Shown here in pieces: positions 24,505 to 34,238 of a DNA stretch of 36,339 bases; positions within the stretch are counted from its first letter, which is position 1, and each line of letters opens with the position of its first letter. Where the stretch lies: positions 1 through 36,339 of IMG/VR virus record IMGVR_UViG_3300048599_000813; one strand, given 5' to 3'. The notes below the pieces were generated by a model. It saw nothing but the letters and a program-made list of their open reading frames with translations. It was not told the origin of the DNA and ran no database searches. This DNA comes from a virus. Its lineage: Duplodnaviria > Caudoviricetes. The translations under genes were made by a program, and so were the position numbers.

Positions 24505-26679
24505 TCAGGCAAGGGCATACACCACCTTCGGCCGCGTCGCGGACGTCTCCTCCTCCTGCCGCAACTGCTGTGTTTCCAGCAGGTTGTCGATGACTTCCTG
24601 CCGCTCCCGCTGGGTCAGCCACTGCGTCTTGCGGCACAGTTCACTGCGGGAGATCTTTCCGCCCGCCTTGCGCACCACCCGCACGACGCGCTTCTGCCGG
24701 GCGTCGAACACGCCGTCGGCGACCCACTCGTGGGCGATGAACAGCATGCGGCGGGTCAGGTATGACGACAGATCGCATGCCCAGCGGGCGGCGTCGGCAT
24801 CGATCACCGGCTTCTCGGCGTTCGCGGAGCAGGCGTAGATCAGCGCCAGGCGGCACGCCTTCTCCTCCGCGCGAGCCCATAGCGAGCGACCCGTCTCGTC
24901 GGGCTTGCCCAGTTCGGCATCCACCGTCGAGGCGAGCGCATCGAACACCTCGCCCGCCTGCGACACGGTCTCGACCACCATCGGCTTTGGGTGCTCCTTG
25001 AAGAGGTTGCCCCCGGGCTGCTGCGCTCCCCACCATTCCGCCGCCTGCTTCAGAGGTTCAGGAACACTCAACGCCTTGGCCCGCTGCCGCGCCGGCGTCT
25101 CGGCCGACTCGAACACGAGCAGGCGGGCGATGAAGCCGTCGCTGAGGCTGTCGGCGGTGAGGGACTCGAAGAAGTGCTCGGGGACAGTCGTGCCGTAGAC
25201 GCTGACGCATGGCTGGTCGACGACCTTGTTCCGCTTCTTGTCGGCGTAGGCCTTGCCCCGGAAGACCGTGTCGGCGCTGCTGTAGAGCTTCATCAGCGCC
25301 GTCAGCACGTTGAACAGATGCGGGGCCTTCTTCGGGTCGCCGATGGTGCGCAGGAAGCGCCCGAACTCGTCGATCTGGAACAAGACGGCCGGCTCGGCCT
25401 CCACAGCGGTCACCAGCCCGGCGTCCGACGCCAGGTCCTCGTTGCCCTCGTGCTCGACCAGGTCGGCGGCGAAGAGGATGTTCTTGTTGACCTTGCGGGC
25501 ATTGTCCTTGCCAGCGCCGGAAGGTGCGACGCCGACGCAGTAGACGTTGGTGCGGTTGCCGCGCTCGTCGCGGACCTTGCGGGCCGCGAGCACAGCCTGA
25601 AGGCAGATGGCGGCCGCAAGGGCCAGTACCGGCTGCGGGCGCGTCGCCGTGGCCAGGTTGAACGCCATCACCTGCTCGATGAATCCCGGCACGCGGAGCA
25701 GGTGGTCGGGGAACGGACCCGGATCCGGCGGACGCTCCGAGCGGGGCCGTTCGGCCGGGCCGTGCCGCCGCTCGGGGTTGAACTCGGACAGGTCAACGTC
25801 GCTGGATTCGGTGGGACCTGCATCGCGCAGCCACCCATGCGGACGATCGTGAGGCTTGCTGGCCGCATCGCTGACCTTGTGCCGGAGCTCCTTCTCCGAC
25901 CACGGCGGCTCGCACCGCGGGTTGTACCGGTCCCACAGCAGCGAGAACGCCGCCTCCGGGTCGAGGCCGAACCCGTGCACCATCGCCGTCGCGGCCGCGT
26001 ACGTCTGGCTGTGCCCGCCCGAGCCGGAGATCGCCGGCGGGATGCAGTCGAGGTACGCCGCGGCGCGGCGGAGCAGGGCGTCGCCCGCTAACAAACGATC
26101 GTTTCCTAGTGATCGCGTCTGGGAAAGGATCGTTTCCTTCCGCCCGTGCCGGGCCTCGGTCACGGCGTCGGCCAGCGCCGCGACGGCGGCGGCCAGTTCC
26201 CCGGCGTCTACCACGGCGGGTTCGCCGTCGAGCGGGTCGTAGGGCTCCCCGCTGGGATGGATGCTTGGGCCGACGACGGTTTGCGCGCCGGTGCTCCGCA
26301 GTTCCACGATCATCTTCTTCGACACCGGGTCCTGGTGCTTGCGGGTCTTCATCCCCTCGCACACGTACCACCAGTGCGACGCGGGCTTGCCCGGTCGCCC
26401 GGACATCGCGCCCGTCGGCGGCAGGAACTTGGGCGCGAGCGCCACCGCCTCCTCGCAGTCGAGGTCGACGTCCACCAGCCATCCGCTCGGTTCGCCCAGC
26501 AGCACGCCGATGTTGCCGGTGCCGTTGAAGTGCGCCGGCAGGTCGCTCTCGGAGAGGCGCAGGTCCGTCCACCCCTTGAGCACGGGGATCTTTTTCCGCG
26601 CGGGGACAGGGATGACCGCGTACCCGCGGCCGAGGTACGTGCGAGCCGACTCGAGCAGAATGGAGGGGCCATCGCTCAT
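24505..26679 (-). CDS. Bifunctional primase-polymerase fused to a DUF3987-like helicase domain
   Basis: N-terminal VIPV..K.P..GW, NIGV, VDVDLD, H.WY and VVGPSIHPSG..Y; PriCT-like C.PPWS..EL; P-loop APSGAGK and IDEFG. Confidence 0.88.
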   Translation of the reverse strand: MSDGPSILLESARTYLGRGYAVIPVPARKKIPVLKGWTDLRLSESDLPAHFNGTGNIGVLLGEPSGWLVDVDLDCEEAVALAPKFLPPTGAMSGRPGKPASHWWYVCEGMKTRKHQDPVSKKMIVELRSTGAQTVVGPSIHPSGEPYDPLDGEPAVVDAGELAAAVAALADAVTEARHGRKETILSQTRSLGNDRLLAGDALLRRAAAYLDCIPPAISGSGGHSQTYAAATAMVHGFGLDPEAAFSLLWDRYNPRCEPPWSEKELRHKVSDAASKPHDRPHGWLRDAGPTESSDVDLSEFNPERRHGPAERPRSERPPDPGPFPDHLLRVPGFIEQVMAFNLATATRPQPVLALAAAICLQAVLAARKVRDERGNRTNVYCVGVAPSGAGKDNARKVNKNILFAADLVEHEGNEDLASDAGLVTAVEAEPAVLFQIDEFGRFLRTIGDPKKAPHLFNVLTALMKLYSSADTVFRGKAYADKKRNKVVDQPCVSVYGTTVPEHFFESLTADSLSDGFIARLLVFESAETPARQRAKALSVPEPLKQAAEWWGAQQPGGNLFKEHPKPMVVETVSQAGEVFDALASTVDAELGKPDETGRSLWARAEEKACRLALIYACSANAEKPVIDADAARWACDLSSYLTRRMLFIAHEWVADGVFDARQKRVVRVVRKAGGKISRSELCRKTQWLTQRERQEVIDNLLETQQLRQEEETSATRPKVVYALA

Positions 26680-26682
26680 CGC

Positions 26683-27075
26683 TTATTCGTTGTCCTCGCG
26701 GCGGCGGATGGTGGCGCCCATGATCTTGAGCGTCTGCGCCGCGGCCTCGCGGTCGCGTTTGCTGGCGCGGTAGTCCAGCAGGCGGTCGATCTCGATCACA
26801 GGCTTGATCGCCAGATCAAAGCCGTACGTCCCAGTGGCCAGGCCCGCCGCGTGGCCGATCGCCCGCGTGCATGAACTGGCCCGGTGCGTGCCAGCGGCCG
26901 CGATCAGCAGCGGGATCTCAGCGCGGGCCTCGGTGTGGTACATCAGCCCGCCGACGCTCCTCGCCAGCAGCGAGCCGATGCCCTTGGTGTCGTTCTTGTC
27001 GATGGGCGCGGAAACCACGTGGCGTCCGAGCAACTGTCCGTCCTTGTCGGTCTCTTCGATCGTGATCGTGATCAT
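26683..27075 (-). CDS. Hypothetical protein
   Basis: 130 aa with a TAAGGAG RBS, filling the helicase-primase gap. Confidence 0.7.
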   Translation of the reverse strand: MITITIEETDKDGQLLGRHVVSAPIDKNDTKGIGSLLARSVGGLMYHTEARAEIPLLIAAAGTHRASSCTRAIGHAAGLATGTYGFDLAIKPVIEIDRLLDYRASKRDREAAAQTLKIMGATIRRREDNE

Positions 27076-27089
27076 GCGGAACTCCTTAT

Positions 27090-28781
27090 TCAGAAGGGGA
27101 TTTCGTCTTCGGGGATGCCGTACGTCATGCCCGCGGGCTCCGGCGGCCGGTCCGGCAGGCCTTCGTCGCTGTCCAGACGCGGCGGCTTGTCGCCGAGCAC
27201 ATGCTGCGTAACACGCTCGAACTGCTTGCCCGCCTCCTTCTCGACGGTGATCGAGAGCGTCGGGGCGAGCGCCCCTGCCTTGGCCATTTCGACCGCCTCC
27301 TCCGTACCGCCGGGCACCGGCTCAACCGAGCGAGCCCGCCACCAGGCCTCGGCTTTGGTCCGCGCGTACCCGGTGTGGTCGAAGCAGACCCACTCGCGGA
27401 AGAAGCGGTTGAAGCCGACGCGGTACTCGACGCGCATGGTCAGCGGCGCGGACGGGTCGCTGCGCTTGTAGTGCACGTGGTACGTCGTCTCACTGACGCG
27501 GTGTTCTTCGCGCGTGGTCTGGCCGCTGAGGATGCCCTCGGTGCTGGCTTTCGCCTCGTGTTGCTGTCGATTCGGCTCGGGGAACTGGTGGCCGCACTGC
27601 GGGCAAGTCTGGTAGCCCGCCGCGATGAGGGCCTGGCAGTTGGGACACTCCTTCGCGGGCGCTTCGCCGTCGCCGCGATCGTCGGTAGCGACGCGGATCG
27701 CGTCGACCGGGCCGTGGCGGAGCACGTTGCCGCCGAAGTCCAGCACGAGGCAGTCGGTCTTGCCAGGGTGGAGCCGGAAGCCCCGGCCCACCATTTGGTA
27801 GTACAGGCCCGGCGACATGGTCGGCCGCACGAGCGCCACGCAGTCGATGTGCGGGGCGTCGAAGCCGGTCGTCAGCACGTTCACGTTGCACAGGTACTTG
27901 AGCTCGCCCGAGCGGAAGCGGCCGAGGATCGCCGCACGCACGCCGTCGGGCGTGTCGCCGGTCACGAAGCCGCACTCGATGCCGTGTTTGGTCTTGAGCA
28001 CATCGACGATGTGCTGCCCGTGGCGGATGCCCGAGGAGAAGATCAGCGTGGCGCTGCGGTCCCTCGTGTGCGCTGCGATCTCGGCGCACGCGCCCTCGAC
28101 CAACCCTTCCTTGTCCATCAGGTCCTCGACCTCGCTGGCGACGAACTCGCCGGCGCGGACGTGCAGGTCGTCGGTGCTGATCTTCTGCAGGCCCGCCTTG
28201 GTCTTGAGCGGCGACAGGAATCCCTGCACGATCAGCTCGCGGACGCCGACCTCGTAGCAGACGTGGTTGAGGATGTTCTCGGGGGCGCATATCGCGCCTG
28301 ACTTCAAACGGTACGGCGTGGCGGTGAGCCCGATGATGCGGACGCTGGGGTTCACGACCTTGGCGTCGGCGATGAACTGGCGGTACATCCCGTCGTCCTC
28401 GGCGGGGACCATGTGCGCCTCATCGACGATGATCAGATCCACGGGCCCCAGGTCGCAGGCCTTCTTCCAGATGCTCTGGATGCCCGCGACCGTGACGGCG
28501 TAGCCGAGGTCCTTGCGCTTCAGGCCCGCCGAGTAGATGCCCATCGGCACATCCGGCGCGATGACGCGGAGCTTGTCGGCCGCCTGCTCGAGGAGTTCCT
28601 TCACGTGCGCCAGCAGCACGACGCGGCCACCCCAGTGGCCGACCGCATCGCGGCAGATCGTGGCGATGACGGGTGTCTTGCCCCCGCCGGTCGGGATGAC
28701 CACGCAGGGGTTGTCGTCGCGGGTTTGCAGGTGCTCGTACACCGCGGCGACGGCTTCGGATTGGTAGGGACGGAGGTTCAT
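27090..28781 (-). CDS. SF2 DEAD/DEAH helicase, RadD/YejH-like, with a zinc finger
   Basis: LRPYQ, PTGGGKT, DEAH, TATP, TGFD, QMVGRG.R and CPNC..CPQC; ATGA overlap. Confidence 0.93.
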   Translation of the reverse strand: MNLRPYQSEAVAAVYEHLQTRDDNPCVVIPTGGGKTPVIATICRDAVGHWGGRVVLLAHVKELLEQAADKLRVIAPDVPMGIYSAGLKRKDLGYAVTVAGIQSIWKKACDLGPVDLIIVDEAHMVPAEDDGMYRQFIADAKVVNPSVRIIGLTATPYRLKSGAICAPENILNHVCYEVGVRELIVQGFLSPLKTKAGLQKISTDDLHVRAGEFVASEVEDLMDKEGLVEGACAEIAAHTRDRSATLIFSSGIRHGQHIVDVLKTKHGIECGFVTGDTPDGVRAAILGRFRSGELKYLCNVNVLTTGFDAPHIDCVALVRPTMSPGLYYQMVGRGFRLHPGKTDCLVLDFGGNVLRHGPVDAIRVATDDRGDGEAPAKECPNCQALIAAGYQTCPQCGHQFPEPNRQQHEAKASTEGILSGQTTREEHRVSETTYHVHYKRSDPSAPLTMRVEYRVGFNRFFREWVCFDHTGYARTKAEAWWRARSVEPVPGGTEEAVEMAKAGALAPTLSITVEKEAGKQFERVTQHVLGDKPPRLDSDEGLPDRPPEPAGMTYGIPEDEIPF

Positions 28782-29158
28782 GGGTTGCGGGGGTTGAGTT
28801 GCGTGATCTCCACCAGCACCTTGCCGCCCGGCGTCACCGAGCCGCGTTCCACAACCAGCCGATCGATCTGGGAGTCGTCGCGGTACGCCCCGCCCTTCGC
28901 CAGCGCGTCGAGCAGAGCCTTCTGCACGTTGTCCAGGTCGCGCCGGCGGTTGTCGGGCGGGCAGACGGTGACACGCACCGCCAGCCGCCCGTTCATCCGA
29001 ACGACCCGCCTCACCGCGAGGGCGGCGCACACGCTCGCGCGGTAGCGCCGCCCCTCGCGGCTCAGCACGGTCCTGGTGCCCATCCGCCGCCAGATGTGAT
29101 TGACACTGGGCGGGTACGGGAGCTCGAGGACGCGACCAGATGGACCTATCGCTTCCAA
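28778..29158 (-). CDS. rusA: RusA-family Holliday junction resolvase
   Basis: LPYPPSVN, RRRDLDN..K.LLDAL and DDSQI; exact start uncertain. Confidence 0.9.
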   Translation of the reverse strand: MEAIGPSGRVLELPYPPSVNHIWRRMGTRTVLSREGRRYRASVCAALAVRRVVRMNGRLAVRVTVCPPDNRRRDLDNVQKALLDALAKGGAYRDDSQIDRLVVERGSVTPGGKVLVEITQLNPRNP

Positions 29159-29616
29159 GGCGGCGTGCTCCCCGGGCCGACGCCGACGGGAGCGCGGGCG
29201 CTCACCGGCGCGCCGCCACCGCCCTTCTTGGCGTAGCCCTTGATGACGTTGGTGAACTCGCCGTTGTCGTCGCGCTTCTTCAGCCCGACGTTGATCTCCA
29301 GCGGGACGTTGTGGAGCTCGACCGAGTCTTTCGGCTGCATCACGCCGATGGCGCGGCAGATAGCCGAGAGCTCGCCGCGAGCGATCTTGACGGTCATCTC
29401 GCTCTTGTTCTCGAGGTTGAGGCGGGCCCAGACCAGGCGGCCCTTGAACTCGCCGTCGATGATCTGGAATGTCAACTGCAGGTACTTGCCGCCCCCGGTC
29501 TTGGTCGGCTTGAGCTCCGACTCGGAGATGACGGCGAGGTACTTGCCCGCGGGGAGCGGATCGAGCGCGACGGACGGGTCAACCTGGTTTGCATCAAAGT
29601 TGTTCAGCGTGGCCAT
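29146..29616 (-). CDS. DUF669-family putative ssDNA-binding protein
   Basis: PLPAGKY, YLQLTFQI..GE.KGR.VW.RLNL and terminal PPW. Confidence 0.85.
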   Translation of the reverse strand: MATLNNFDANQVDPSVALDPLPAGKYLAVISESELKPTKTGGGKYLQLTFQIIDGEFKGRLVWARLNLENKSEMTVKIARGELSAICRAIGVMQPKDSVELHNVPLEINVGLKKRDDNGEFTNVIKGYAKKGGGGAPVSARAPVGVGPGSTPPWKR

Positions 29617-29675
29617 GAGTCAGTTCCTTTGCGATTGGTGATGGACGGATGAGGGATCGACAACGGCAACGGCGC

Positions 29676-30500
29676 TCAGGCCGCGCCGGCGGTGTCGGAG
29701 GTGGTGGCAGGTGCAGACGCCTCGGCGAACGGGTTCTCGCCCCGGGCAAACGCGCCGTAGACGCGGTAGTCGAGCGGAATCTCCTCGGGCAGGCCCAAGC
29801 GGTTCTTGGCGACGTGCGCCGGCCGCTCGACGGTGCGGATGATCCGCTCGCCGGTGGAAACGCCGTTGTGCTTGGCCTTGTTGAATCCCTCGTCCACCTT
29901 GACGGTGTGGACCTTGTACGTGGCGAAGAGCACCTCGTCGGCCCACTCCTGCACAAGCGCGGACGCGAGCTTGTGCAGTCGCGGCGAGTAGCGGTCGTAC
30001 GGCACGGTCTCGGGGTTCTCGAACTTCTCGATCTTGGCGTGCGCGATGAGGACCACCGTCATGCCGCGATCGCTGCGGAGCGCATCGAGCGCACCGAGAA
30101 CGGCACGCCATTTGTCGATGGCGAACGAGAAGCCCTTCGCGTAGCCGATCTTCTCGATGTTCTCGACGTTCTCGTCGGCGCACACCTCGGCCCAGATCAG
30201 GCGCTCGAGCCAGTCGAGGCTGTCGATGACAACCGTGCGGTAGTCGTGGTCGCCCGAGTACAGCGACTCGAGCGCCGCCATCACCTCGCCGAGGCTGCGA
30301 GCCAGCGGGAACGACTCGCAGTCGATGTCCGCCAGGCCGTCCTCGGTGGGGACGAAGATGGGCTTCTCGGCCATCGCGCCGAAGGTGCTCTTGCCGATGC
30401 CGTGAGTGCCGTAGAGCATCACGCGGCGGGGACGGGCCTTGCGGCCCTTGCTGATCTGGTTCATGAGGGTGTGGGCGCTGGCGGTCGCGGTTGCGGGCAT
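29676..30500 (-). CDS. AAA_24 / Sak4-like phage ATPase
   Basis: LYGTHGIGKST, TEDG, TVVIDSLDWLE, LIAH and AKNR; ATG 30500 with GGAG RBS. Confidence 0.88.
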   Translation of the reverse strand: MPATATASAHTLMNQISKGRKARPRRVMLYGTHGIGKSTFGAMAEKPIFVPTEDGLADIDCESFPLARSLGEVMAALESLYSGDHDYRTVVIDSLDWLERLIWAEVCADENVENIEKIGYAKGFSFAIDKWRAVLGALDALRSDRGMTVVLIAHAKIEKFENPETVPYDRYSPRLHKLASALVQEWADEVLFATYKVHTVKVDEGFNKAKHNGVSTGERIIRTVERPAHVAKNRLGLPEEIPLDYRVYGAFARGENPFAEASAPATTSDTAGAA

Positions 30501-30683
30501 GGGATCTCCGTGCTTGGGGAATGAGGGATCGAGGTCGTGGGGCCAGATCTCGCGGGTGAACGCACCCTGGCCAAGGCGGACGAGGGGGAGGTGGTCACGG
30601 CTGGGACGAAGCGGGGTGCAGATCGGGATGCAGGCGTTGGCCACGCCCATACCTCTCTGCTTCAGCCCGCTTCGTGTCGCGCG

Positions 30684-31256
30684 CTAGTTGGCGTTGGGGT
30701 CGAAATCGGCAAGGTGCGTGCGGAGCCGGAGCACCAGCCGGTTCACGGTCCCCCGGTGGACGCCCCGCTCTGCGGCGATGCCGGGCACCGACTTGCCCGC
30801 CAACAGGTCGCGGGCAATCTCGAACAGGTCTTGGGGCAGAGCCCCCATCCGGTCGACGAGGTCCAGCCGCAGATCGACATCGCCAAAGCCACTGTCTCGC
30901 GGGTCGGCGTAGTCGAAGCCCTCCGTCCCGAGCGGCGGAAGCGGCAGGATGCGGTACCGCGCGCTTGCCTCACGGGAAAGCTGCTTGCACTTCTGCCGGT
31001 ACCAGAAGTCCATGACCGCGCGTGTGAAGGTGGTCCGCGACGCAATCGCCGGGTCGAACCGGCGCAGCGCCCGCACGATCTCGGCCGCCAACTCCTGCCG
31101 GAGGTCGTCGACCTGATCGGGGGCGAGGCGGTAGACCCGCGCGAGGCGTTCGGCGCGGAACGCCATCTGGCGGTGGGCCAGCTCCGGGAGATCGTCCGGT
31201 GCAGAGGACGACGTGCCGGTGGTGCGGATGGAGGGGTCGATGGCTGCTGCGGTCAT
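30684..31256 (-). CDS. Sigma-70 / ECF-like transcription factor
   Basis: Region-2-like DDLRQEL...RFDP...TF and region-4 HTH SVPGIAAERGVHRGTV. Confidence 0.72.
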   Translation of the reverse strand: MTAAAIDPSIRTTGTSSSAPDDLPELAHRQMAFRAERLARVYRLAPDQVDDLRQELAAEIVRALRRFDPAIASRTTFTRAVMDFWYRQKCKQLSREASARYRILPLPPLGTEGFDYADPRDSGFGDVDLRLDLVDRMGALPQDLFEIARDLLAGKSVPGIAAERGVHRGTVNRLVLRLRTHLADFDPNAN

Positions 31257-31401
31257 GGAGTGCTTCCGTGCTGGTGAGTGGTCCGCGCCGCACATCGCGG
31301 CGTGTTCACCAGCCGGTCGCCTTGCAGATCACCGCGCAAAAACCCACCGCCGCGACCGCGAGGTCGTGGAAGTCCGCATCGAAATGTGTTTGGGCCGGAA
31401 G

Positions 31402-31434
31402 CTTGCACTTGCGCCAACGCGGCGCAAGTGCAAG
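31402..31434. promoter_or_regulatory. Perfect 14-bp inverted repeat (operator or terminator)
   Basis: CTTGCACTTGCGCC-AACGC-GGCGCAAGTGCAAG, intergenic, upstream of the sigma-like gene. Confidence 0.65.
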
Positions 31435-31444
31435 GCCACCCCGC

Positions 31445-32434
31445 TCAGCGGGAGCCGCGTGCACCCTTCGCCCGCCAGAGGGCCTCAGCGTCGTTCACCA
31501 GCCCGTACAGCGTGGCCGCCTGCTTGCCCGCGGCGTCCTGGAACACGCGCGTGACGTCGTGCGGCCTGCAACCGGCCTCCTTCGCCAGGGCCGCCCGGGT
31601 CAGGTGCGGAATCGTCGGAATACCCCTGCCGGCGTCGATTGACGCCCGGATCATGCCGACACGGGAGCGGGCGGTCTCGACGAGTACCTTTTCGATCTTC
31701 TCGATCGTGGCGAGCCGTTCGGCCCGCTTCTTCTTGGGGCGTTTGTTCTGAATCGGAGCTGCGAGTCGCAGCCCCGCCCGCTGCGCGAACGTCTCCAGCA
31801 GCGACGACCACGATTCTTTGGCCACCAGTCCGTTGGAACCGGCGTGGATGATCTCATCGGCCGACGCGAGCACGCAGCGGCGCTGCTCGACCCAGGCGCG
31901 CAGCTCGTCCGTCCAAGCTTCAGCCGTGGGCGTGAGCACGATCACGGGGTTGGTGTCCGCCGAGACGGCCGCGCGGACGAGATGAGCGACCGCAGCGCGG
32001 TCCGTGTGAGTCACGAGTTCAACGGCGAAGGCCAGAGCGGGTCTGGGCTCCCAGGTTCCCAGCCGGAGTGTTCCAGGCGTCCGGTCGACCGGCACGGTCG
32101 AGGTCCGCAGGCCTAGCGCGGTCGCCATCGCGGAGCGCAGCACCCCGGGCCGGAACTCATGCAGAGCACGGTCCTGGGCAGAGAGCTCCACGCGGGGGCT
32201 CATCCCTTCGTCGCACACGGCGACGGCCGAGCCGCCGATCGCGACGACCCGCCTCCGCGGCAGGTCCGGGCGCTCGCCGGGCCATGAACGCGCCACCACC
32301 CCGGCGGGTTCGAGCAGCGGCTCGATGTGTGCGAACGCCGGTCCGCAGCGGAGCTTCCACTCCTGCATGACCGCTCGGAGGCCCGCCGGCCCGCGCGCGT
32401 CAAGGAACCGCCAGAAGTCGCGCAGTGACTCCAC
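31445..32434 (-). CDS. Hypothetical protein with a C-terminal HTH-like motif
   Basis: GTG with GAGGAGG RBS; LTRAALAKEAGCRPHDVTRVF. Confidence 0.65.
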   Translation of the reverse strand: MESLRDFWRFLDARGPAGLRAVMQEWKLRCGPAFAHIEPLLEPAGVVARSWPGERPDLPRRRVVAIGGSAVAVCDEGMSPRVELSAQDRALHEFRPGVLRSAMATALGLRTSTVPVDRTPGTLRLGTWEPRPALAFAVELVTHTDRAAVAHLVRAAVSADTNPVIVLTPTAEAWTDELRAWVEQRRCVLASADEIIHAGSNGLVAKESWSSLLETFAQRAGLRLAAPIQNKRPKKKRAERLATIEKIEKVLVETARSRVGMIRASIDAGRGIPTIPHLTRAALAKEAGCRPHDVTRVFQDAAGKQAATLYGLVNDAEALWRAKGARGSR

Positions 32435-33602
32435 GCAGCGCCTCCTCTCTGGAACGCGCGAAGCGTTGCTGGAACATCCACTGCTCCAGGAGCTCCGGGT
32501 GGTCCTCGCGGTCGTAGTACGCCGCGTTGGGCGGTCGGATCCGCAGGGGCACCTCATGGTCCGCCCCGTCGCCGACTCGAATCGTGATCTTGAACACCGC
32601 CGCCGCGAGCCGCGCGTACCTCGGGATTTCGCGTCCGCTCCGCCGGAGCGTCTCGAACACGTCCTCGGAGCGGAGGGTTTCGCCGGCGTCGAGGTCGTCG
32701 TCGTGCTCCCACGACACCGAGGTCAGGCGCACGGCGATGATCCCGGGGCAGTCCTCGCACTGCAGACAATCCGGCCCCTTCTCGATGATCGGCCGCAGCG
32801 AGAACTTCCGACCCGGGCTGTCGGCGTCGAACAGCAGCGAGTCATTGAAGATGTGCCGTCCGATCATCGAGCAGTACGCTCGGACGTCGCGCTTGACCGG
32901 GGCGTTGATGCTCAGCTCACCCGTCTGGCCGTTGTAGCGAACAACGTCGTATCCCTCCGGGCGGAACACGATCGAGCGCGTCTCGCCGTCGGCGTCAATG
33001 GTGACCTCTCGCTTCAGCGTGCTCCCGCGACGGACAAGCATCCGGAACCCGGTCTCCGTCCGGAAGGGGAAGATGCGCACGCCCTTGCCGCGATGGTTGT
33101 CGAAGAAGTCGGCTCCGAGCCCGGCCTGCAGCGCCTGGACAGCCGCATCAGCAGGAAGCCCGATCTTCGGCGCGGGCTCCACAGAGGTCATGAACGACTC
33201 GAACTTCCTCGGCTTGGTCGACAGACGCTCGGCGTGCATTCGTTCGATGATGGCGCGGTCCGACAAGTACACCCGCAACGCCAGATCCGGCGCGGGCAGA
33301 TCGCTCTCGACGACGATGCCCGCGGCCTGGGCATCGCTGCGGAGCCGATCGTAACTGTCGTCGTCGGAAACGGCGTGGATGAGGCAGAGGGCCTCGATCA
33401 AGTCCAGAGGCGTGTCCTCGTCGGGATGCATGAGCACGCGACCCAGCGCGGCGAAGTCCGGCTCACGCCCGCGCTCGATCACGACCCCCCGCGCGGCCAG
33501 CGCCGCGGAGAACGGCTCGAGCAACTGCATCAGCAGTTGCGGATCGACTTGCTTGAGAACGCTTGGCTTGACGAAACGGCTCGGACGGATGCTCTGCGCC
33601 AT
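32400..33602 (-). CDS. Hypothetical 400-aa protein
   Basis: Long ORF with globular composition, overlapping the next gene; no family recognised. Confidence 0.7.
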   Translation of the reverse strand: MAQSIRPSRFVKPSVLKQVDPQLLMQLLEPFSAALAARGVVIERGREPDFAALGRVLMHPDEDTPLDLIEALCLIHAVSDDDSYDRLRSDAQAAGIVVESDLPAPDLALRVYLSDRAIIERMHAERLSTKPRKFESFMTSVEPAPKIGLPADAAVQALQAGLGADFFDNHRGKGVRIFPFRTETGFRMLVRRGSTLKREVTIDADGETRSIVFRPEGYDVVRYNGQTGELSINAPVKRDVRAYCSMIGRHIFNDSLLFDADSPGRKFSLRPIIEKGPDCLQCEDCPGIIAVRLTSVSWEHDDDLDAGETLRSEDVFETLRRSGREIPRYARLAAAVFKITIRVGDGADHEVPLRIRPPNAAYYDREDHPELLEQWMFQQRFARSREEALRGVTARLLAVP

Positions 33603-33782
33603 GGACCGACCCCGACAGGACCTTCCCCGAGCTCCGCCGGGGTGCCGCGGCGACCGCGAAACCCCCGCGATCACTGGCCCATCGTACCCGGTCATGAACC
33701 AAACATCACGCGTTCTTCATTGGACCGTGTCGGTTGCGTTTCGGGTGTGGAGTTCGCGTGGAAAGCCTGTCTGATGAGGGAG

Positions 33783-34238
33783 TTATCGATCGGCGGCGGA
33801 AGTGATGCGATCCCCGGTCAACGCCCGCCACGCTTCCCGCTGCCGGGGCCACTCCACCATCGACACGAGCGACCGCAGTTCATGCTCGCCGAAGGGGTCA
33901 CGCCCAGACATCACCGGCGGCATGTTGAGGATCGCTTCCTGGATGTCCGGCGCGAGGTGGAGCAGGTTCATGATCTGTGTGACCCGGGCTCGGGTGACGT
34001 GCCCGACAGCCGCCAGCTCGGCCTGCGTGCTCACCGACCCTTCCCGCAGCAGTGAGTCGAACCGGATCGCCAGCGCCATCAACCGCGCGACGCGGGGGAC
34101 GCGGCCGGGCGGCACCACGTCGTTCGCCGTGTCTGGATCTCGGGCTGTGCGCTCTCTGCCCGGTGCGACGAACCTTGCCGTCCTCGTGAGCGGGACCCGG
34201 TCTAACGCGATCGCGGGCTGGCACGGCTCGGTTCGCAT
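33783..34238 (-). CDS. Recombinase-associated HTH protein
   Basis: AELAAVGHVTRARVTQIMNLLHLAPDIQEAIL; TGATG overlap with the recombinase. Confidence 0.75.
   Translation of the reverse strand: MRTEPCQPAIALDRVPLTRTARFVAPGRERTARDPDTANDVVPPGRVPRVARLMALAIRFDSLLREGSVSTQAELAAVGHVTRARVTQIMNLLHLAPDIQEAILNMPPVMSGRDPFGEHELRSLVSMVEWPRQREAWRALTGDRITSAADR

Noticed and set aside
4510-26679. Identical MSDGP N-termini in the Hint protein and the primase
   Set aside because: Only five residues, with no further similarity; treated as coincidence.
30501-30650. 50-aa in-frame extension upstream of the AAA_24 ATPase
   Set aside because: A better RBS precedes ATG 30500 and the extension has no domain features; probably a leader, though not excluded.
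1725-33759. 10-bp match GAGTTCGCGT at 1725-1734 and 33750-33759 as att cores
   Set aside because: Too short to exceed chance in 36 kb, and it would exclude the integrase from the element.
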